This document shows positions 62,234-64,000 of a DNA stretch of 64,000 nt, one piece after another. The position numbers and the translations under genes are program-made. Each line of letters opens with the position of its first letter. Within the stretch, counting starts at the first letter, position 1. Location: the NCBI GenBank assembly GCA_029953675.1, contig JAMWBK010000009.1, forward strand, positions 806,001-870,000. Direction: 5' to 3'. Below the pieces are notes generated by a model. It searched no databases. It had not been told where the DNA came from and saw only the letters and a program-made list of their open reading frames with translations. Origin of the DNA: Rhodosorus marinus CCMP1338. Lineage: Eukaryota > Plantae > Rhodophyta.

Positions 62234-64000
62234 GCCAAACCTTCAGTCCACCACGCCAAGTCTCTCCTCATCCTAGGCCCTCCTCACGACCACCCACTCC
62301 ACATAGCAGAATTCCCATCACGACACATAGTTCCCCAACATAAAAAAAAACAACCATGTACGGCGCCGATCACCCACCCCCAAACGTCGGGCCTCAGAGC
62401 AACAATCCTATGAAAACTCAAACATCAAACTCTCCTTTGAACACCGTCCTTTCTCTTCTTCCACCCCAGGACTCCTTAACGCATCCCAAGCCCAAATCCA
62501 TGCCCAGTCCCCGTACCACCCCACCCGGTCCCACTCCCCATCCTTACCATCATCATGACAATAGTAACATAAGAAAAGTCATCACCTTCAAAAAAACTAA
62601 AAAACCCTCTCCCTACCATCAAATCACACCAAACCACCCCCCTCCCCCTTTTCCTGCTCCTTTCTTTTTCCATCACATCTTCCACACTCAGGCAATCGTC
62701 ACCCTTCAGGCAAAAAAAATTCAATTAGATGATTAAAAGAAGAAAAAGGGCCGATATCTTTATTAATCAGGATAGGACTCCCCCCTCCCCCCTCGCTCAA
62801 AATAATTGTGATGGGGAACGCAAAGAGCAAAAACAAGGAAAAGAATATCTTCTGAGATACATCGCATACAATACTATATTGTATATATGGTAAAGTTTTT
62901 TTACTTAATTGTAGACGTTTGTCTTATACGGTAGTCGAGCTGTTTTTCTGGTCCGTGCTGCTGGGGCTGGATTTCGTGAATAGGGAAAATTTTCCGAAAG
63001 GGGGGTCGCTGCAGCCATATTGGATACTGCTCATTTCTTTTTTTTTGGGAAGGGGTAATATCCAAGGTACAACATGATACAATATTAAAATATGCTATAT
63101 TTTGTCATTGTCAAAGAACCATCAGCATTCTCAGGGTCACATGGCTGGGAAATGCTTTCCAATGAGAATACATTGTCGCTTTGTAAGGGGTACGAGGCGT
63201 ATCACAGCGAAGTGTTCGCTGGCCGTTGGCAACCCCTTCCTGAGTTTCTCCTTTCACCCGCTTGGTCTTTTTATAGAAATGATCCACTCTGCGTTTAACC
63301 ACTGAAGATCTTATTAGTACCGCGAGTAATATAGTACGATATATTCTTATGTACTATGAATTGACCTGGGAAAAGAATACATGGTGGTAAGGGGGGGTAG
63401 GTTTTCACCCCTTGGGACAAACTGTGACACTGCCCGGATCGTGTAGAGGGCACCAAGCGAGATATCGTCAAGCTATATCGTTTCTTTGTCTCTTTTGATC
63501 AAATCTGTTAACCGCGCCCTTGGTCGAAAAGGAAAAACGAGAGCATTCCCGAAACATCTCAGTCCCTGGCCACTCTCGGCTCAAGATGACCTGCTTCGGA
63601 AGCTGATCAGCGTCCCCCTCCCCCACCCATTCCAAGGCTTTAGGACAGATGGATTGAGGATAATTTTCTCCAGCGATCATCCCGAACTGCTCCAGCGATT
63701 CATTCGTCACGGTTTTTCATCAGCGCAGACCTTGAGATGGTCTAACAACGTCAAACCCCATTGGTGCAAACATAGAAAAATATATATATAGGAAATAAGC
63801 AAAAAAATTAATATTTGGACACTAATTTCTTCTAAAATATTATCTATTTGAATATTTCGACATGACATAATTTTTCTGCGTCTGTTGGTAACGGCTAAGG
63901 TTGACCTATGCTGGTTAGTCCAACTGGACATACTTCGTCCATAGCACGCAGGCTGGAGCGACGCAGGCAGGATTGGAGCTGAGAGCCAGCGATGGAACGA

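Overview
This is eukaryotic nuclear DNA from a compact genome with many short GT-AG introns (about 45-105 nt, often with a CTAAC-type branch site). A red alga or close relative is inferred from MAFV-type plastid transit peptides on cyanobacterial-type genes. About 20 housekeeping genes are recognisable: M14 carboxypeptidase, symplekin, P/U-type cyclin, cytosolic SHMT, KRI1, NOL11/Utp8-like, malonyl-CoA decarboxylase-like, RagC/D, BAF60, PNGase, VPS41, YchJ/SEC-C, NIT2, ProRS, RPS12, DUF3285-like, class IV aminotransferase-like, multidomain monothiol glutaredoxin, PP2A B'', ALG5, LolD/MacB-type ABC ATPase, AI-2E transporter and a PEHE-domain protein. Intergenic stretches hold decayed retroelement and transposon fragments, local tandem duplications and several structured non-coding candidates. 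No CRISPR array, rRNA or tRNA was seen. The best leads are an MCD homologue lacking catalytic-site residues, an RNase P-like RNA candidate (6481-6864), a box C/D snoRNA candidate (2127-2228), a three-copy repeat at 24.1-24.5 kb, a perfect 23-bp hairpin at 17 kb, and bacterial-type plastid-targeted genes. All family assignments are from motif recognition by eye, not database searches. Gene spans include introns and some start codons are uncertain.
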